Origin: Pseudomonas aeruginosa | GTDB lineage: Bacteria; Pseudomonadota; Gammaproteobacteria; Pseudomonadales; Pseudomonadaceae | Length of the DNA: 32,000 bases | Direction: 5' to 3' | Assembly (NCBI RefSeq): GCF_001457615.1 | Contig: NZ_LN831024.1 | Location: forward strand, 5,070,001 to 5,102,000 | In this document: positions 17,296-27,764 of the stretch, piece after piece | Numbering within the stretch: position 1 is the stretch's first letter | Layout of the letters: each line of letters starts with the position of its first letter | Position numbers and translations under genes: made by a program | Notes under the pieces: generated by a model | Database searches by the model: none | The model's input: only the letters and a program-made list of their open reading frames with translations | What the model was told of the DNA's origin: nothing

Positions 17296-19848
17296 TCAGT
17301 ACACGTCGCGTCGGTAACGTCCTTCGTCGGCCAGGCGTTGCAAGGCCTCCTCACCGAGCACTTCGCGCAGCACCCGGTCGACACCGCCGGCCATGCCCTG
17401 CAGGCTGCCGCAGACGTACAAGGCCGCGCCCTCGTCGATCCAGCGCCGCAGTTCATCCGCCGCTTCATGCAGGCGGTCCTGGACATAGATCTTCCCCGCC
17501 TGGTCGCGGGAGAAGGCCAGGTCCAGGCGTTGCAGCTCGCCCCTGGCCAGGGCCTGCTCCAGCTCCGCACGACAGTAGTAGTCGTGGGCGAAATTGCGTT
17601 CGCCGAACAGCAGCCAGTTGCGCTTGCGCCCGGCGGCAATGCTGGCGCGCAACAGGCTGCGCAGGCCGGCGAGCCCGGTACCGTTGCCGATGAGGATCAG
17701 CGGCACGTCATCCTCCGGCAGGTGGAAGCCCGCGTTGCGGCGCAGGCGCAGGGTCAGCGCGGCGCCGAGCGGCAGGTACTCGGTGAGCCAGCCGGAGCAG
17801 ATGCCCAGGCTGCCGTCGGCATGCTGCTCCTGGCGTACGATCAGTTGCAGGTCGCCATCGCTCTGCAGCGACGCGATGGAGTACTGGCGCACGGAAAGCG
17901 GAATCAGCGCATCCAGCAGCGCCTGCGGGTGCAAGCCGACCAGGTGTTCGAAAGAGTCCGGCAGCAAGCGCCCAGCCAGGGCCTGCTCCAGGCTCTGCTC
18001 GATGCCCTCGACCGCCACCCGCGCCTGGCCGTCCAGGTTATGCCGCTGCAGCCATTCGCGGATGCGCGCGGACGCCTGGTGCGGGACGATCTCCAGCAGA
18101 TCGCCGGCGCGCCATTGGATGGCGCTGTCGGTCGGCGCACGCAGGTCCAGCAGCCAGGTCGACTCGCCCTGGCTGCCAGGATTCAGGCACTCCCGCCGCG
18201 CCAGCGACCAGACCTCGAAGGCCGGCGCTTCCCAGGCCGCCGGGGCGGCACCGCCGGTCACCTCGGCCAGGCTTTCCTGCCATTGGCGCAGGGCCGCGGC
18301 GTCGCCATCATCGACCTCCACCGGGGCGAACAGGCTCCGCGCGCCCTGCCCCTGCAACCAGCCCTGCATGCGCCGGGCGAAGCCGCAGAACTGCTCGTAC
18401 TGGCGATCTCCCAAGGCCAGCAGGGCGTAGCTCAGGCCATCGAGGCTGGCGGCCTGGCCAAGCACCTTGCGTTCGAAGCCGCGGGCGCTGTCCGGCGCCT
18501 CACCGTCGCCGAAGGTGCTGACCACGAACAGCGCCTTGCGCGCCTCGGCGAGTTGCCCGGCATCCAGGCGCGCCAGCGATTCGACCCGCACCGGCAACCC
18601 GGCCGCCTGCAACTGGCCGGCGCTCTGCCAGGCCAGTTGCTCGGCAAAACCGCTCTGGCTGGCGTAGCCGATCAACCAGGGCTCGCCGCTGGCGCCGGCG
18701 CTGCCGCCCAGGTCGGCGCGGCTCGCCCGTACCGCGCGTTTCTTGCGCCGGCGGTCGAGGTAGAGCAGCCAGCCGGTGATGAAGAACAGCGGCATCGCCA
18801 GGCTGGCGAGCATCATCAGGATGCGTCCGGCCATGCCGAAATAGCTGCCTACGTGCAATGCATAGACGCTGGCCAGCAACTGGCTGCCGAAAGAACGGTC
18901 GCTATAGCGCTGGTCGCTTTTCACCTGGCCGTTGGCCGGGTCCAGGATCAAGGTGTTGAAGGCACGCTCGTGCGGCGCGTCGGTCAGGCGATAGAACACT
19001 GTCGCCGGCTGGCCGCCCGCCGGCGGCAGGCGCAGGTTGTAGGCCTGCAAGCGGTCGCCGCCGGCCTGGCGGATGCTGTTCCATACCGCCGCGTAGTCGA
19101 CCACCAGCGGAGCCGCATCGGCCGGGCGCTCGCCACGTCCGCCCGGCTTGCCGCGCTGCGCCTGCTGGCCGGCGGGCGCGTCGTCGAGCAGTTTGAACAG
19201 GCCGTTGCGGTACCACTCGTAGGACCAGTACAGGCCGGTCAGCGCAGCCAGCAGGTAGAGCGCCAGGCACCAGGTGCCGGCCACGGCATGCAGGTCCCAG
19301 TTGAAACTGCGCCCCTTGCGCGACCAGTCGAGGGTCAGCCAGGCGCGCCAGTCGAAAACCTTGCGCGGCCAGCGCAGGTAGAGACCGGACAGGCAGAAGA
19401 AGATCAGGATCAGGGTGCAGGCGGCGGTGACCTGCTTGCCGTACTCGCCCATGGCGAGGAACCGGTGCAGTTGCATCATCAGGTTGAAGAAACCCTCGCC
19501 GCGTGGCTCGCCGACGAAAGCCCCGGTGTAGGGATCGATCCAGCGCGACTCGCCGCGGCGCTGTCCCGGCGGCGGGGTATAGAAGATCCGCCCGGCCTTG
19601 TCGCTGTCCATCTCGACCCAGACGAAGGCCACTTTCCGCCCCGGCTCGGCACCTTCGATACGGCGCACCAGTTCGTCCAGCGGCAGCACACCCTCGGGGC
19701 GCTTCTGCACCACCAGCACGTCAGGGTTGAGCGCGCGCATCAGCTCGTCCTGGAACGACAGGGTCGCTCCGGTGACGCCCATCAGCGCCAGCACCAGGCC
19801 GGCGCTGATACCGAAGAACCAATGCAACTGGAACCAGACTTTCTTCAC
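17296..19848 (-). CDS. PepSY-associated TM protein fused to flavodoxin and ferredoxin-NADP(+) reductase-like domains
   Basis: 850 aa from GTG 19848 ([36 protein letters not shown]). Flavodoxin segment ([20 protein letters not shown]) and FNR/sulfite-reductase-like C-terminus ([18 protein letters not shown]...[14 protein letters not shown]). It lies downstream of the iron-receptor gene. Confidence 0.9.
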   Translation of the reverse strand: MKKVWFQLHWFFGISAGLVLALMGVTGATLSFQDELMRALNPDVLVVQKRPEGVLPLDELVRRIEGAEPGRKVAFVWVEMDSDKAGRIFYTPPPGQRRGESRWIDPYTGAFVGEPRGEGFFNLMMQLHRFLAMGEYGKQVTAACTLILIFFCLSGLYLRWPRKVFDWRAWLTLDWSRKGRSFNWDLHAVAGTWCLALYLLAALTGLYWSYEWYRNGLFKLLDDAPAGQQAQRGKPGGRGERPADAAPLVVDYAAVWNSIRQAGGDRLQAYNLRLPPAGGQPATVFYRLTDAPHERAFNTLILDPANGQVKSDQRYSDRSFGSQLLASVYALHVGSYFGMAGRILMMLASLAMPLFFITGWLLYLDRRRKKRAVRASRADLGGSAGASGEPWLIGYASQSGFAEQLAWQSAGQLQAAGLPVRVESLARLDAGQLAEARKALFVVSTFGDGEAPDSARGFERKVLGQAASLDGLSYALLALGDRQYEQFCGFARRMQGWLQGQGARSLFAPVEVDDGDAAALRQWQESLAEVTGGAAPAAWEAPAFEVWSLARRECLNPGSQGESTWLLDLRAPTDSAIQWRAGDLLEIVPHQASARIREWLQRHNLDGQARVAVEGIEQSLEQALAGRLLPDSFEHLVGLHPQALLDALIPLSVRQYSIASLQSDGDLQLIVRQEQHADGSLGICSGWLTEYLPLGAALTLRLRRNAGFHLPEDDVPLILIGNGTGLAGLRSLLRASIAAGRKRNWLLFGERNFAHDYYCRAELEQALARGELQRLDLAFSRDQAGKIYVQDRLHEAADELRRWIDEGAALYVCGSLQGMAGGVDRVLREVLGEEALQRLADEGRYRRDVY

Positions 19849-20009
19849 AGGATCACCTTCACGGCCGCCGCGCGGCAACAACGGGACTACGCCGACGCCA
19901 AGCGCCGGCCAGACGACACGAGGACGTCGGCGGGCAATTCTATTTGATAATCAGTTGCGATAAAGCCGAATTAACGTTCTTTACGCTCTATTTACCCACC
20001 TGGATGCGG

Positions 20010-20043
20010 GAAAGCCCCATCCCGCAGGGGGAATGGGGCTTTC
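20010..20043 (-). terminator. Hairpin after the TonB-receptor gene (terminator-like)
   Basis: 11-bp perfect stem GAAAGCCCCAT (20010-20020) / ATGGGGCTTTC (20033-20043), with a short T-run inside the arm. Confidence 0.5.
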
Positions 20044-20063
20044 GTGGGGAGCGAGAGCGGCAG

Positions 20064-22364
20064 TCAGAAGTGGAAGTTGGTGCTGAACAGTATCGTCCTT
20101 CCAGCGGCCTGGGACGCATAGTGCGCCGCATAGGCTTTGTCGAAGTACTTCTTGTCGAACACATTCTGCACGTTCAACTGGAAATCGACGTTCTTGCTCA
20201 GTTTGTAGCTGGCCATTGCGTCATAGCGCCAGTAATCGGGGACATAGACGGTATTGCCAACGTCGCCATAGACCTTGTCGACATAGAAAGCCCCGCCGCC
20301 GATGGTGGTCGTCGGGAAGATGTCATAGGTGGTCCAGAGACTGAAGCTGTTCTTCGGCGTATTTGGCATCTCGTTGCCGTTGTTGGAAGCCGCCGATGCG
20401 TTCACATTGCCGTTACGCCCAGCCTTACCGGCATCGACCAACTCGCTGTCCAGGTAGCTGTAGCCCGCGAACACCTTCCACTTCTCGGTCAGCTTGCCGC
20501 TGGCGCTCAACTCCACGCCGTCGACGCGGGATTGTCCGGCGTTGTCGTAGGTCTGGTTGGCGACCAGGATGCGGGTATTGTCCTTGTCGGTGCGGAAGAT
20601 CGCGGCACTCAGCTCCAGCCGCTCGTTGAAGAAAGCCCACTTGGTACCAAGCTCGTAGTTCGTGGTTTCTTCCGGCTCAAGGTTGTTGCTGATGGCGAAC
20701 CCGTCGACAGCATTCGAGGTATCCCCATTATCGAGCATGCTACCCGGCGGCGTAGCCGAAGTGGCGTAGGACGCATAGATACTGCCGTTGGGTACAGGCT
20801 TCCACACCAAGCCTGCCTGCCAGTTCCAGAAGCTCGACTTGTCGCTGAGTTTGGTAGCGGGTCTTACACCGTGGTTCTTCGCCGTAGTTTCGAAACTATC
20901 GAAGCGCGCGCCAATATTGACCTGCCACTGCTCGTTCAGGTCGATGGTGTCGAACGCATATATTGCCTTGGTGGTGCCGACCGTATTCAGCGGCGCATAT
21001 TTCCGGGTAATACTGCCATTCCATGGATCGTGCGGATTGGGATTTTCCAGACTAGTGCAGTTATAGCCGCTAGGCGCCCCGATCAGCGATGGATTGCACT
21101 TGTTGCTGCCCAGGCCGGTATTGGTATCGACGGTATACCCATCGCGCTTGCTGTCTTCTCGGCTGAACTCCAGGCCGGTGCTGAAGCTGTTCTTGAAGCC
21201 ACCCAGGTAGAACTCTCCAAACAGGTCAGTCTGGTTGACTGCTGTGGTGGTGGTACTTACCCGATTGTTCTGGCGGCGCCAGACCGAGCCATTGTTGATG
21301 TTGCCCTGGCTGTCATCCGGTTGTGTCCACAGATAGTCCTGATGACTGTTGCCGTAACGCGAGGTATTGCGAATAGTGAGGCTGTCAGTCAGATCATGCT
21401 CAACGGTGATGGTACTGGTATCGATGCGGCTCTTCTGGAAATCGCGCCCCGTCAGCCCATAGAAATTGCCTCGATCGACATTCACCGGTTTGTCCGGATT
21501 GTGCTTGCTGCGATCGCTACTCTTGGCATAGGGAATGCCCGAATCCGGGGTATCGTCACTTTCCAGGTGATAATGGCTGACGGTCACTCGGGTCGGCGAG
21601 CCAAGACCGAAGGTGAGCGACGGCGCTACGCCCCAGCGACTGACATCGACTTCATCGCGGCCCGCGACATTGGCATCGTGCTTGAGAAGATTCAGCCGGA
21701 ATGCCGCATTGCCATCGAGGAATTCCTGGTTGAGGTCCAGGGTGTAGCGGCGAGTCTGGTCAGAACCATAGGTGAAGCCTCCATCGATGAAGTTCCCAGC
21801 CTTGGCCTGCTTGCTGACGAGATTGAGGCTGCCGCCGGCCGAGCCCCGTCCTCCGAATGCCGAGTTAGGGCCCTTGCTGACCTCGATCTGCTCAAGGTTG
21901 AAGATCTCGCGGGTCTGTGCACCAGTATCGCGTACACCATCGACGTAAGTATCGCTTTGCGCATCGAAGCCGCGAATGAATGGCCGGTCACCGGTGGGAT
22001 TGCCGCCCTCGCCCGCGCCAAAGGTAATACCTGGAACGGTACGCAGTGCATCCTGGAGAGACACGGCGGCGGTATCCTTGATCACCTGCTTTGGTACTAC
22101 CGTGACGGAGCGCGGCGTATCCAAGAGCGGCGCGGTGTACTTCTTCGACGCCGAGCGGTCGACGTTGTAGGTGGTTTCGTCCTGCTGCTCGCCGACGATG
22201 GTGGCCGCATCCAGCGACAGTACGCGGTCCTTGTCGGTCTTTTTCTGCCCGGCCTCGTCGGCGTGCGCTGCCTGCGGTGCGGCGATGGCGGTGATGGCCA
22301 CACCGATGGCCGAAGCCAGCAGACGTTGCGAAGAAACGGCGGTATCCGTGGACTGACGCGACAT
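20064..22364 (-). CDS. piuA: TonB-dependent siderophore receptor at the piuA locus (PiuA/PiuD type)
   Basis: 766 aa with a signal peptide, plug domain ([38 protein letters not shown]...[21 protein letters not shown]) and C-terminal FHF. Divergent from piuC. Confidence 0.9.
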   Translation of the reverse strand: MSRQSTDTAVSSQRLLASAIGVAITAIAAPQAAHADEAGQKKTDKDRVLSLDAATIVGEQQDETTYNVDRSASKKYTAPLLDTPRSVTVVPKQVIKDTAAVSLQDALRTVPGITFGAGEGGNPTGDRPFIRGFDAQSDTYVDGVRDTGAQTREIFNLEQIEVSKGPNSAFGGRGSAGGSLNLVSKQAKAGNFIDGGFTYGSDQTRRYTLDLNQEFLDGNAAFRLNLLKHDANVAGRDEVDVSRWGVAPSLTFGLGSPTRVTVSHYHLESDDTPDSGIPYAKSSDRSKHNPDKPVNVDRGNFYGLTGRDFQKSRIDTSTITVEHDLTDSLTIRNTSRYGNSHQDYLWTQPDDSQGNINNGSVWRRQNNRVSTTTTAVNQTDLFGEFYLGGFKNSFSTGLEFSREDSKRDGYTVDTNTGLGSNKCNPSLIGAPSGYNCTSLENPNPHDPWNGSITRKYAPLNTVGTTKAIYAFDTIDLNEQWQVNIGARFDSFETTAKNHGVRPATKLSDKSSFWNWQAGLVWKPVPNGSIYASYATSATPPGSMLDNGDTSNAVDGFAISNNLEPEETTNYELGTKWAFFNERLELSAAIFRTDKDNTRILVANQTYDNAGQSRVDGVELSASGKLTEKWKVFAGYSYLDSELVDAGKAGRNGNVNASAASNNGNEMPNTPKNSFSLWTTYDIFPTTTIGGGAFYVDKVYGDVGNTVYVPDYWRYDAMASYKLSKNVDFQLNVQNVFDKKYFDKAYAAHYASQAAGRTILFSTNFHF

Positions 22365-22407
22365 TCGAAACCCCTCCCCGGGAGCTGTGAAGGTCGCGGA
22401 ATTTATT

Positions 22408-22426
22408 GCAGATCAGAATTGTTATC
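22408..22426 (-). promoter_or_regulatory. Candidate Fur box upstream of the piuA-type gene
   Basis: The minus strand GATAACAATTCTGATCTGC matches the consensus GATAATGATAATCATTATC at about 11/19 positions by hand. Confidence 0.4.
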
Positions 22427-22534
22427 AATTATTACGGATTCGCATTCGACAGGAATTTACATTCTTTACAATTTTCTCATTACATTTTTCCCATCTCGCT
22501 CGTCTGGAACATTTGGCGGTTTTACATGGCCAAT

Positions 22535-22553
22535 GCAAATCAATATCATTGGC
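22535..22553 (+). promoter_or_regulatory. Candidate Fur box upstream of piuC
   Basis: GCAAATCAATATCATTGGC matches the 19-bp consensus at about 12/19. A second overlapping match (~10/19) starts at 22545. Confidence 0.4.
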
Positions 22554-22580
22554 AATCATTTCGCCTTCATGGACAGCGCC

Positions 22581-23261
22581 ATGTTGCTGCATATTCCCGC
22601 CATCTTCACCGCCGAGGAAGCCTCCCGGATCCGCGCAGCCCTGGAGCAGGCGGAATGGGCCGACGGCAAGGCGACCGCCGGCTACCAATCGGCCAAGGCC
22701 AAGCACAACCTGCAACTGCCGCAGGACCACCCGCTGGCCCGGGAGATCGGCGAAGCCATGCTGCAGCGCCTGTGGAACCATCCCCTGTTCATGTCCGCCG
22801 CCCTGCCGCTCAAGGTCTTCCCGCCGCTATTCAACTGCTATACCGGCGGGGGCTCGTTCGACTTCCACATCGACAACGCCGTGCGCGACGTCCATGGCGG
22901 CCGCGAGCGGGTCCGTACCGACCTGTCCTCGACCCTCTTCTTCAGCGACCCGGAGGACTATGACGGCGGCGAACTGGTGATCCAGGACACCTACGGCCTG
23001 CAACAGGTGAAGCTGCCCGCCGGCGATCTGGTGCTCTACCCCGGCACCAGCCTGCACAAGGTCAATCCGGTCACCCGCGGCGCGCGCTACGCCTCGTTCT
23101 TCTGGACCCAGAGCCTGGTCCGCGAAGACAGCCAGCGCACCCTGCTATTCGAAATGGACCAGTCGATCCAGCGACTCACCCGCGACGTCCCCGACCATCC
23201 CTCGCTGATCCGCCTCACCGGTACCTACCACAATCTCCTGCGGCGCTGGTCGGAACTCTGA
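22581..23261 (+). CDS. piuC: PKHD-type Fe(II)/2-oxoglutarate hydroxylase PiuC
   Basis: 226 aa from ATG 22581 ([43 protein letters not shown]...). HIDNA and SLHKV motifs. Divergent from the receptor gene. Confidence 0.94.
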   Translation: MLLHIPAIFTAEEASRIRAALEQAEWADGKATAGYQSAKAKHNLQLPQDHPLAREIGEAMLQRLWNHPLFMSAALPLKVFPPLFNCYTGGGSFDFHIDNAVRDVHGGRERVRTDLSSTLFFSDPEDYDGGELVIQDTYGLQQVKLPAGDLVLYPGTSLHKVNPVTRGARYASFFWTQSLVREDSQRTLLFEMDQSIQRLTRDVPDHPSLIRLTGTYHNLLRRWSEL

Positions 23262-23263
23262 AC

Positions 23264-24079
23264 ATGCGCCACCTGCTGCTTCGTCACGACGCGCTGGACG
23301 CCGAAGGTTTCGCCGCACAACTGGCCGGTACCCCGGGCGAGGTTGCCCAGGCCATCCTCGGCGCTGCGCGCGAGGGCCTGACGGAAGCCCAGGCCCTGCT
23401 CGGACAGATCCTTCTGGACGGCCAAGGCATCCAGCGCGACCCGACCCTGGCGCGGACCTGGTTCACGATCGCCGCCGAACGCGGCCACGCAATGGCGCGC
23501 AATATGCTCGCTCGCTGTCTTGAACATGGCTGGGGCGGCCCGGCGGATCCAGCCGCGGCAGCCGTCCACTATCGGATCGCCGCCCAGGCCGGCCTTGACT
23601 GGGCCCGCTACAACCTGGCCAATCTCCACGCCACCGGCCGCGGCGTGTCCCAGGACCAGCCGCGCGCCTATGCGCTGTATCGGCAAGCGGCCGAGCAGGG
23701 CCACGCGAAATCGATGAACCTGGTGGGGCGCTACCACGAAGAAGGCCTGGTGGTCGCTCGCGACCTGGCGCAAGCTGCGCACTGGTATCGACGTTCCGCC
23801 GAGGGCGGCGATTTTCGCGGCCAGTTCAGCCACGCCGCGATGCTCAGCGCCTCGGGCCGCCATGCCGAAGCCGAAACCTGGCTCCGGCGTGCCCTCGAAG
23901 GCGGCAACCTGAACTTCCTGCGCAGTGCCCGCCATGGCCTGGAGCAGTCGGCCCACCCGCCGTTCCGCAGCCTGGCGCTGGCCTACTACCGACGCGCGGC
24001 GCAGTTGGGCGACGACACCGATCGAGAGGCTCTGGAACAGGCGCTCGAACGTCACGGGTACGCACGACTGCCCGTCTGA
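23264..24079 (+). CDS. Sel1-repeat / TPR-like protein
   Basis: 271 aa with Sel1-type units (NMLARCLEHGWGGPADPAAAAVHYRIAAQAGLDWARYNLANLHATGRGVSQDQPRAYALYRQAAEQGHAKSMNLVGRYHEEG). It starts 2 nt after the piuC stop. Confidence 0.9.
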   Translation: MRHLLLRHDALDAEGFAAQLAGTPGEVAQAILGAAREGLTEAQALLGQILLDGQGIQRDPTLARTWFTIAAERGHAMARNMLARCLEHGWGGPADPAAAAVHYRIAAQAGLDWARYNLANLHATGRGVSQDQPRAYALYRQAAEQGHAKSMNLVGRYHEEGLVVARDLAQAAHWYRRSAEGGDFRGQFSHAAMLSASGRHAEAETWLRRALEGGNLNFLRSARHGLEQSAHPPFRSLALAYYRRAAQLGDDTDREALEQALERHGYARLPV

Positions 24080-24201
24080 CGAACAACGCCCAACCCTTTG
24101 TTCACACCCACATAACACTTTTTTGACAAGCCTTTCCCTACCCTCGCCGCTTCATCGAGGCGAGCGACGATCGCGCCTCCGGTCCATCGTACGAGGCTAT
24201 C

Positions 24202-26004
24202 GTGTCCCCCACTCCACCAAGCGTTACGCGCAATCGCATCGACTGGGCCGGCCTGGGCTGGCTGTTCCTGTTCTTCTGGTTCTTCTCCGGCATCACCCAA
24301 CTGCTCCTGCTGACCTCCGGCAACAGCGGTTTCTCCGGTTTCCGCAACGCCATGGTGCTGAGCACCATCTGGCTTGCGCCGGTGTTGCTGTTCCCGCGCT
24401 GGACCAAGCCGCTGGCCGCCGTCATCGGGCTGGTGCTGTGGGCCGCCTCGCTGGTCGGCCTGAGCTATTTCGGCATCTATCACCAGGAATTCTCGCAAAG
24501 CGTGATCTTCGTGATGTTCGAGTCGAACACCGCCGAGGCCAGCGAATATTTCAGCCAGTACTTCAACCCCTGGATGACCCTCGGCCTGGTGCTCTACAGC
24601 CTGGTCGCCATCCTCCTCTGGCGCCGCCTGCGCCCGGTCTACCTGCCGCGCTTCAGCGCCCTGCCGGTGGCGGTGCTGCTGATCGTCGCGACCATCGGTT
24701 ATCCGTTCTACAAGCAACTGGTCAGCCAGGGCCGGCCCTTCGACGAAGCCCTGGACAAGGTCCAGGCGCGCATGGAACCGGCGGTGCCCTGGCAATTGCT
24801 GATCGGCTACCAGCAATACCGCCAGCAACTGGGCAGCATGCAGGCGCTGTTGCAAAAGAACGCGGCCCTACCGCCGCTGAAGAACCTCGTCGATGCCAAT
24901 GGCGATACGCCGCGCACGCTGGTCCTGGTGATCGGCGAATCCACGTCGCGCAAGCACATGAGCCTCTACGGCTATCCACGCGAAACGACCCCGCAGTTGG
25001 ACGCACTGAAGGCCGCGAACCGGAACCTCACGGTATTCAACAACGTGGTGGCGTCGCGGCCATACACCATCGAGGTGCTGCAGCAGGTGCTGACGTTCGC
25101 TGACCACGAGCATCCCGACCGCTTCCTCACCGATCCGTCGCTGATGAACCTGATGAAGCAGGCCGGCTACAAGACCTTCTGGATCACCAACCAGCAGACC
25201 ATGACCAAGCGCAACACCATGCTGACGACCTTCGCCCAGCAGACCGATGCGCAGTTCTACCTGAACAACCAGCGCAGCCAGAACGCCAGCCAGCTGGACG
25301 GCGCGGTGCTGGCGCCCTTCGCCAAGGTGCTGGACGACCCGGCGCCGAAGAAATTCATCGTGGTCCATCTGCTCGGCACCCACATGAACTACAAGTACCG
25401 CTATCCCGCCGATTACGCTCGCTTCGTCGACCGCCAGGGCGCCCCGGCGGCCCTCAGCGATGACCAGGTGGAGGTCTACAACAGCTACGACAACGCCGTG
25501 CTGTACAACGACTACGTGGTCTCCAGCCTGATCAAGGGCTTCGCCAACAGCGATCCGAACGGCTTCCTGGTCTACCTCTCGGACCATGGAGAGGAAGTCT
25601 TCGACGAAGCCCCGCACGACCGTCTCGGCCGCAACGAAGGCGACCCGACCCGCGGCATGTACACCGTGCCCTTCCTGGTCTGGACTTCGCCCAGCTGGCA
25701 GCAGACCCATCCGCGCGACCTGCAGGCCCTGGTCGACCGACGCTACAGCAGCGAAGACCTGATCCATACCTGGTCCGACCTCGCCGGCCTCAACTATGAC
25801 CTCTTCGATCCGACCAAGAGCCTGGTGAGCAACGACTTCCAGCATGAAGTCCGCTGGATCGGCAACCCCTATGCCCACAATGGCTTGCGCGACTTCGACA
25901 AGCTGCCGCTGGACAAGGCCGACGCCGGGCAGCAGGTAGCCCAGGCCGGACGACCCGCGCCAACGACGCCGCGCGCACCGTCCCGCCAGCCGAACGAAGG
26001 CTGA
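24202..26004 (+). CDS. Inner-membrane phosphoethanolamine transferase/sulfatase-family protein (EptA/CptA-like)
   Basis: 600 aa with N-terminal TM helices, the catalytic motif LVIGESTSRKHMSLYGYPRETTPQLDAL, and VYLSDHGEEVFDE. GTG start. Confidence 0.88.
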   Translation: MSPTPPSVTRNRIDWAGLGWLFLFFWFFSGITQLLLLTSGNSGFSGFRNAMVLSTIWLAPVLLFPRWTKPLAAVIGLVLWAASLVGLSYFGIYHQEFSQSVIFVMFESNTAEASEYFSQYFNPWMTLGLVLYSLVAILLWRRLRPVYLPRFSALPVAVLLIVATIGYPFYKQLVSQGRPFDEALDKVQARMEPAVPWQLLIGYQQYRQQLGSMQALLQKNAALPPLKNLVDANGDTPRTLVLVIGESTSRKHMSLYGYPRETTPQLDALKAANRNLTVFNNVVASRPYTIEVLQQVLTFADHEHPDRFLTDPSLMNLMKQAGYKTFWITNQQTMTKRNTMLTTFAQQTDAQFYLNNQRSQNASQLDGAVLAPFAKVLDDPAPKKFIVVHLLGTHMNYKYRYPADYARFVDRQGAPAALSDDQVEVYNSYDNAVLYNDYVVSSLIKGFANSDPNGFLVYLSDHGEEVFDEAPHDRLGRNEGDPTRGMYTVPFLVWTSPSWQQTHPRDLQALVDRRYSSEDLIHTWSDLAGLNYDLFDPTKSLVSNDFQHEVRWIGNPYAHNGLRDFDKLPLDKADAGQQVAQAGRPAPTTPRAPSRQPNEG

Positions 26005-26020
26005 CCGCCGCCAAGGAATG

Positions 26021-26044
26021 CGCCCCGCCGAGCGGGGCGTTTTT
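26021..26044 (+). terminator. Rho-independent terminator after the phosphoethanolamine transferase-like gene
   Basis: CGCCCCGC-CGA-GCGGGGCG-TTTTT. Confidence 0.85.
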
Positions 26045-26059
26045 CCATCCGTAGCGCCC

Positions 26060-26485
26060 TCAGGGCAAGACCAGGTTGCCCTGCTCGTCGAACGGCCAGA
26101 ACGGGTTGTAGGCAATTTCCCAAAGGTGTCCATCCGGGTCGGCGACATATCCGGAGTAGCCACCCCAGAACACTTCCTGCGGCATCTTGGTCGCCTGCCC
26201 GCCGGCCGCCGTGGCTGCGGAGAACAGACGGTCCACCTCGTCCCGCGAGGCGCAGTTGCAGGCCAGGGTGATAGCCGCGAAGCCGGTCGGACGATCTTCC
26301 ACCTGCGCATCCTCGGCGAGGGCGCTGCGTCCGTAGAGGCCGAGGACCAGGTTGCGGCCCTTGAGAAATACCACCTGCTCGTTGCCGTCCGAAGAGGGCT
26401 GCCAGCCCAGCGCCTGGTAGTAGAGAGAGGAGCGGGCCAGATCGGCGACCCCGAGGGTCACCAGGGAAACACCATTGCCTGTCAT
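26060..26485 (-). CDS. VOC/glyoxalase-family protein
   Basis: 141 aa, VSLVTLGVADLARSSLYYQALGWQPS...GYSGYVADPDGHLWEIAYNPFWPFDEQG. Confidence 0.9.
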   Translation of the reverse strand: MTGNGVSLVTLGVADLARSSLYYQALGWQPSSDGNEQVVFLKGRNLVLGLYGRSALAEDAQVEDRPTGFAAITLACNCASRDEVDRLFSAATAAGGQATKMPQEVFWGGYSGYVADPDGHLWEIAYNPFWPFDEQGNLVLP

Positions 26486-26554
26486 GTCGGCGTCCTTGTC
26501 ATGGGTTGTCGAACAAGGCTGGCACGAGCGCCGCGAGGCTTCCAGAGCGACATG

Positions 26555-26577
26555 AAAAAGCCCCGCCGAGGCGGGGC
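26555..26577 (-). terminator. Rho-independent terminator of speC
   Basis: The minus strand reads GCCCCGCC-TC-GGCGGGGC-TTTTT. Confidence 0.85.
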
Positions 26578-26600
26578 TCTTCGTAGCAGAGGCGACTGCG

Positions 26601-27764
26601 CTAGAGGTAGAACGCCTTCAGCGGCGGGAAGCCGTTGAACTCCACCGCACTGTAGCTGGTGGTGTAGGCGCCGGTAGACAGCCAGTAAAGGCGGTCGCCG
26701 CTCGCCAGGTTCAGCGGCAGGCCATACTTGTAGTGCTCGTACATGATGTCGGCGCTGTCGCAGGTCGGGCCGGCGATCACCACCTCTTCCATCTCGCCCT
26801 GCTTCTCGGTCCAGATCGGGAACTTGATCGACTCGTCCATGGTTTCGATCAGTCCGGAGAACTTGCCGACGTCGGCATAGACCCAGCGCTCCACGGCGGT
26901 CCGCGACTTGCGGGCGACCAGCACCACTTCGCTGACCAGGATGCCGGCATTGGCGATCAGCGAACGGCCCGGCTCGAGGATGATTTCCGGCAGGTCGTCG
27001 CCGAAGTCCTCCTTGAGGAAGCGGATGATCTCCTCCGCATAGGTTTCCAGGTCGTTGGTCTTGGTGATGTAGTTGGCCGGGAAGCCGCCGCCCATGTTGA
27101 TCATCTTCAGGACGATACCGTCTTCTTCCTTCAGGCGCTCGAAGATCACCTTGACCTTAGCGATCGCCGCGTCCCACACCGAGATGTCGCGCTGCTGCGA
27201 ACCGACGTGGAAGGAAATGCCGTAGGGCTCCAGGCCCAGCTGGCGGGCCAGGATCAGCAGGTCCATGGCCATGTCGGTCTGGCAGCCGAACTTGCGCGAC
27301 AACGGCCAGTCTGCGGTAGTCGAGCCCTCGGTGAGAATACGCACGTAGACCTTGGCGCCGGGAGCGGCCTTGGCGATGTTGCGCAGGTCGGCTTCGGAGT
27401 CGGTGGCGAACAGGCGCACGCCCTTCTCGTAGAAGTAGCGGATGTCCTTGGATTTCTTGATGGTGTTGCCGTAGCTGATGCGCTCCGGACCGACGCCGGT
27501 CTTCATCACCTTGTCCAGTTCGTAGATCGAGGCGATATCGAAGTTCGAACCCTTGTCGCGCAGCAGCTCGGTGATTTCGGTAGCGGGATTGGCCTTCACC
27601 GCGTAGTAGATCCTGGCGAAGGGGAAGCAGTCGGTCAGTTGGTCGTAGGCATCGGCGATGGTTTGCTTGTCGATGACCACGAAGGGGGTTTCCTGCTTGT
27701 CGGCGAAGGCCTTCATGCGCTGGAAGGTTTCAGGGGCGAAATAATCCTCGACCTTGATGGACAT
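26601..27764 (-). CDS. speC: PLP-dependent ornithine decarboxylase SpeC
   Basis: 387 aa from ATG 27764 (MSIKVEDYFAPETFQRMKAF...). PLP-lysine motif FARIYYAVKANPATEI, EPGRSLIANAG, GPTCDSADIMYE. Confidence 0.94.
   Translation of the reverse strand: MSIKVEDYFAPETFQRMKAFADKQETPFVVIDKQTIADAYDQLTDCFPFARIYYAVKANPATEITELLRDKGSNFDIASIYELDKVMKTGVGPERISYGNTIKKSKDIRYFYEKGVRLFATDSEADLRNIAKAAPGAKVYVRILTEGSTTADWPLSRKFGCQTDMAMDLLILARQLGLEPYGISFHVGSQQRDISVWDAAIAKVKVIFERLKEEDGIVLKMINMGGGFPANYITKTNDLETYAEEIIRFLKEDFGDDLPEIILEPGRSLIANAGILVSEVVLVARKSRTAVERWVYADVGKFSGLIETMDESIKFPIWTEKQGEMEEVVIAGPTCDSADIMYEHYKYGLPLNLASGDRLYWLSTGAYTTSYSAVEFNGFPPLKAFYL

Noticed and set aside
16869-17639. 256-aa minus-strand ORF 16869..17639 across the repeat array
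   Set aside because: Its repeated peptide (RPTELSGLRVVRGVGRITAERLSAIS...) only reflects translation of the non-coding tandem hairpins and then an out-of-frame part of the reductase gene.
17188-19947. 919-aa plus-strand ORF antisense to the PepSY/flavodoxin reductase
   Set aside because: Composition ([19 protein letters not shown]...) is typical of shadow ORFs, and the minus-strand gene has clear domain motifs.
19944-22580. The front of the 1105-aa plus-strand ORF 19944..23261, antisense to the TonB receptor and running in frame into piuC
   Set aside because: It is a mirror frame of a strongly supported receptor gene, with a low-complexity residue pattern typical of antisense reading in GC-rich DNA and no SD. 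Only 22581-23261 (piuC) is coding.
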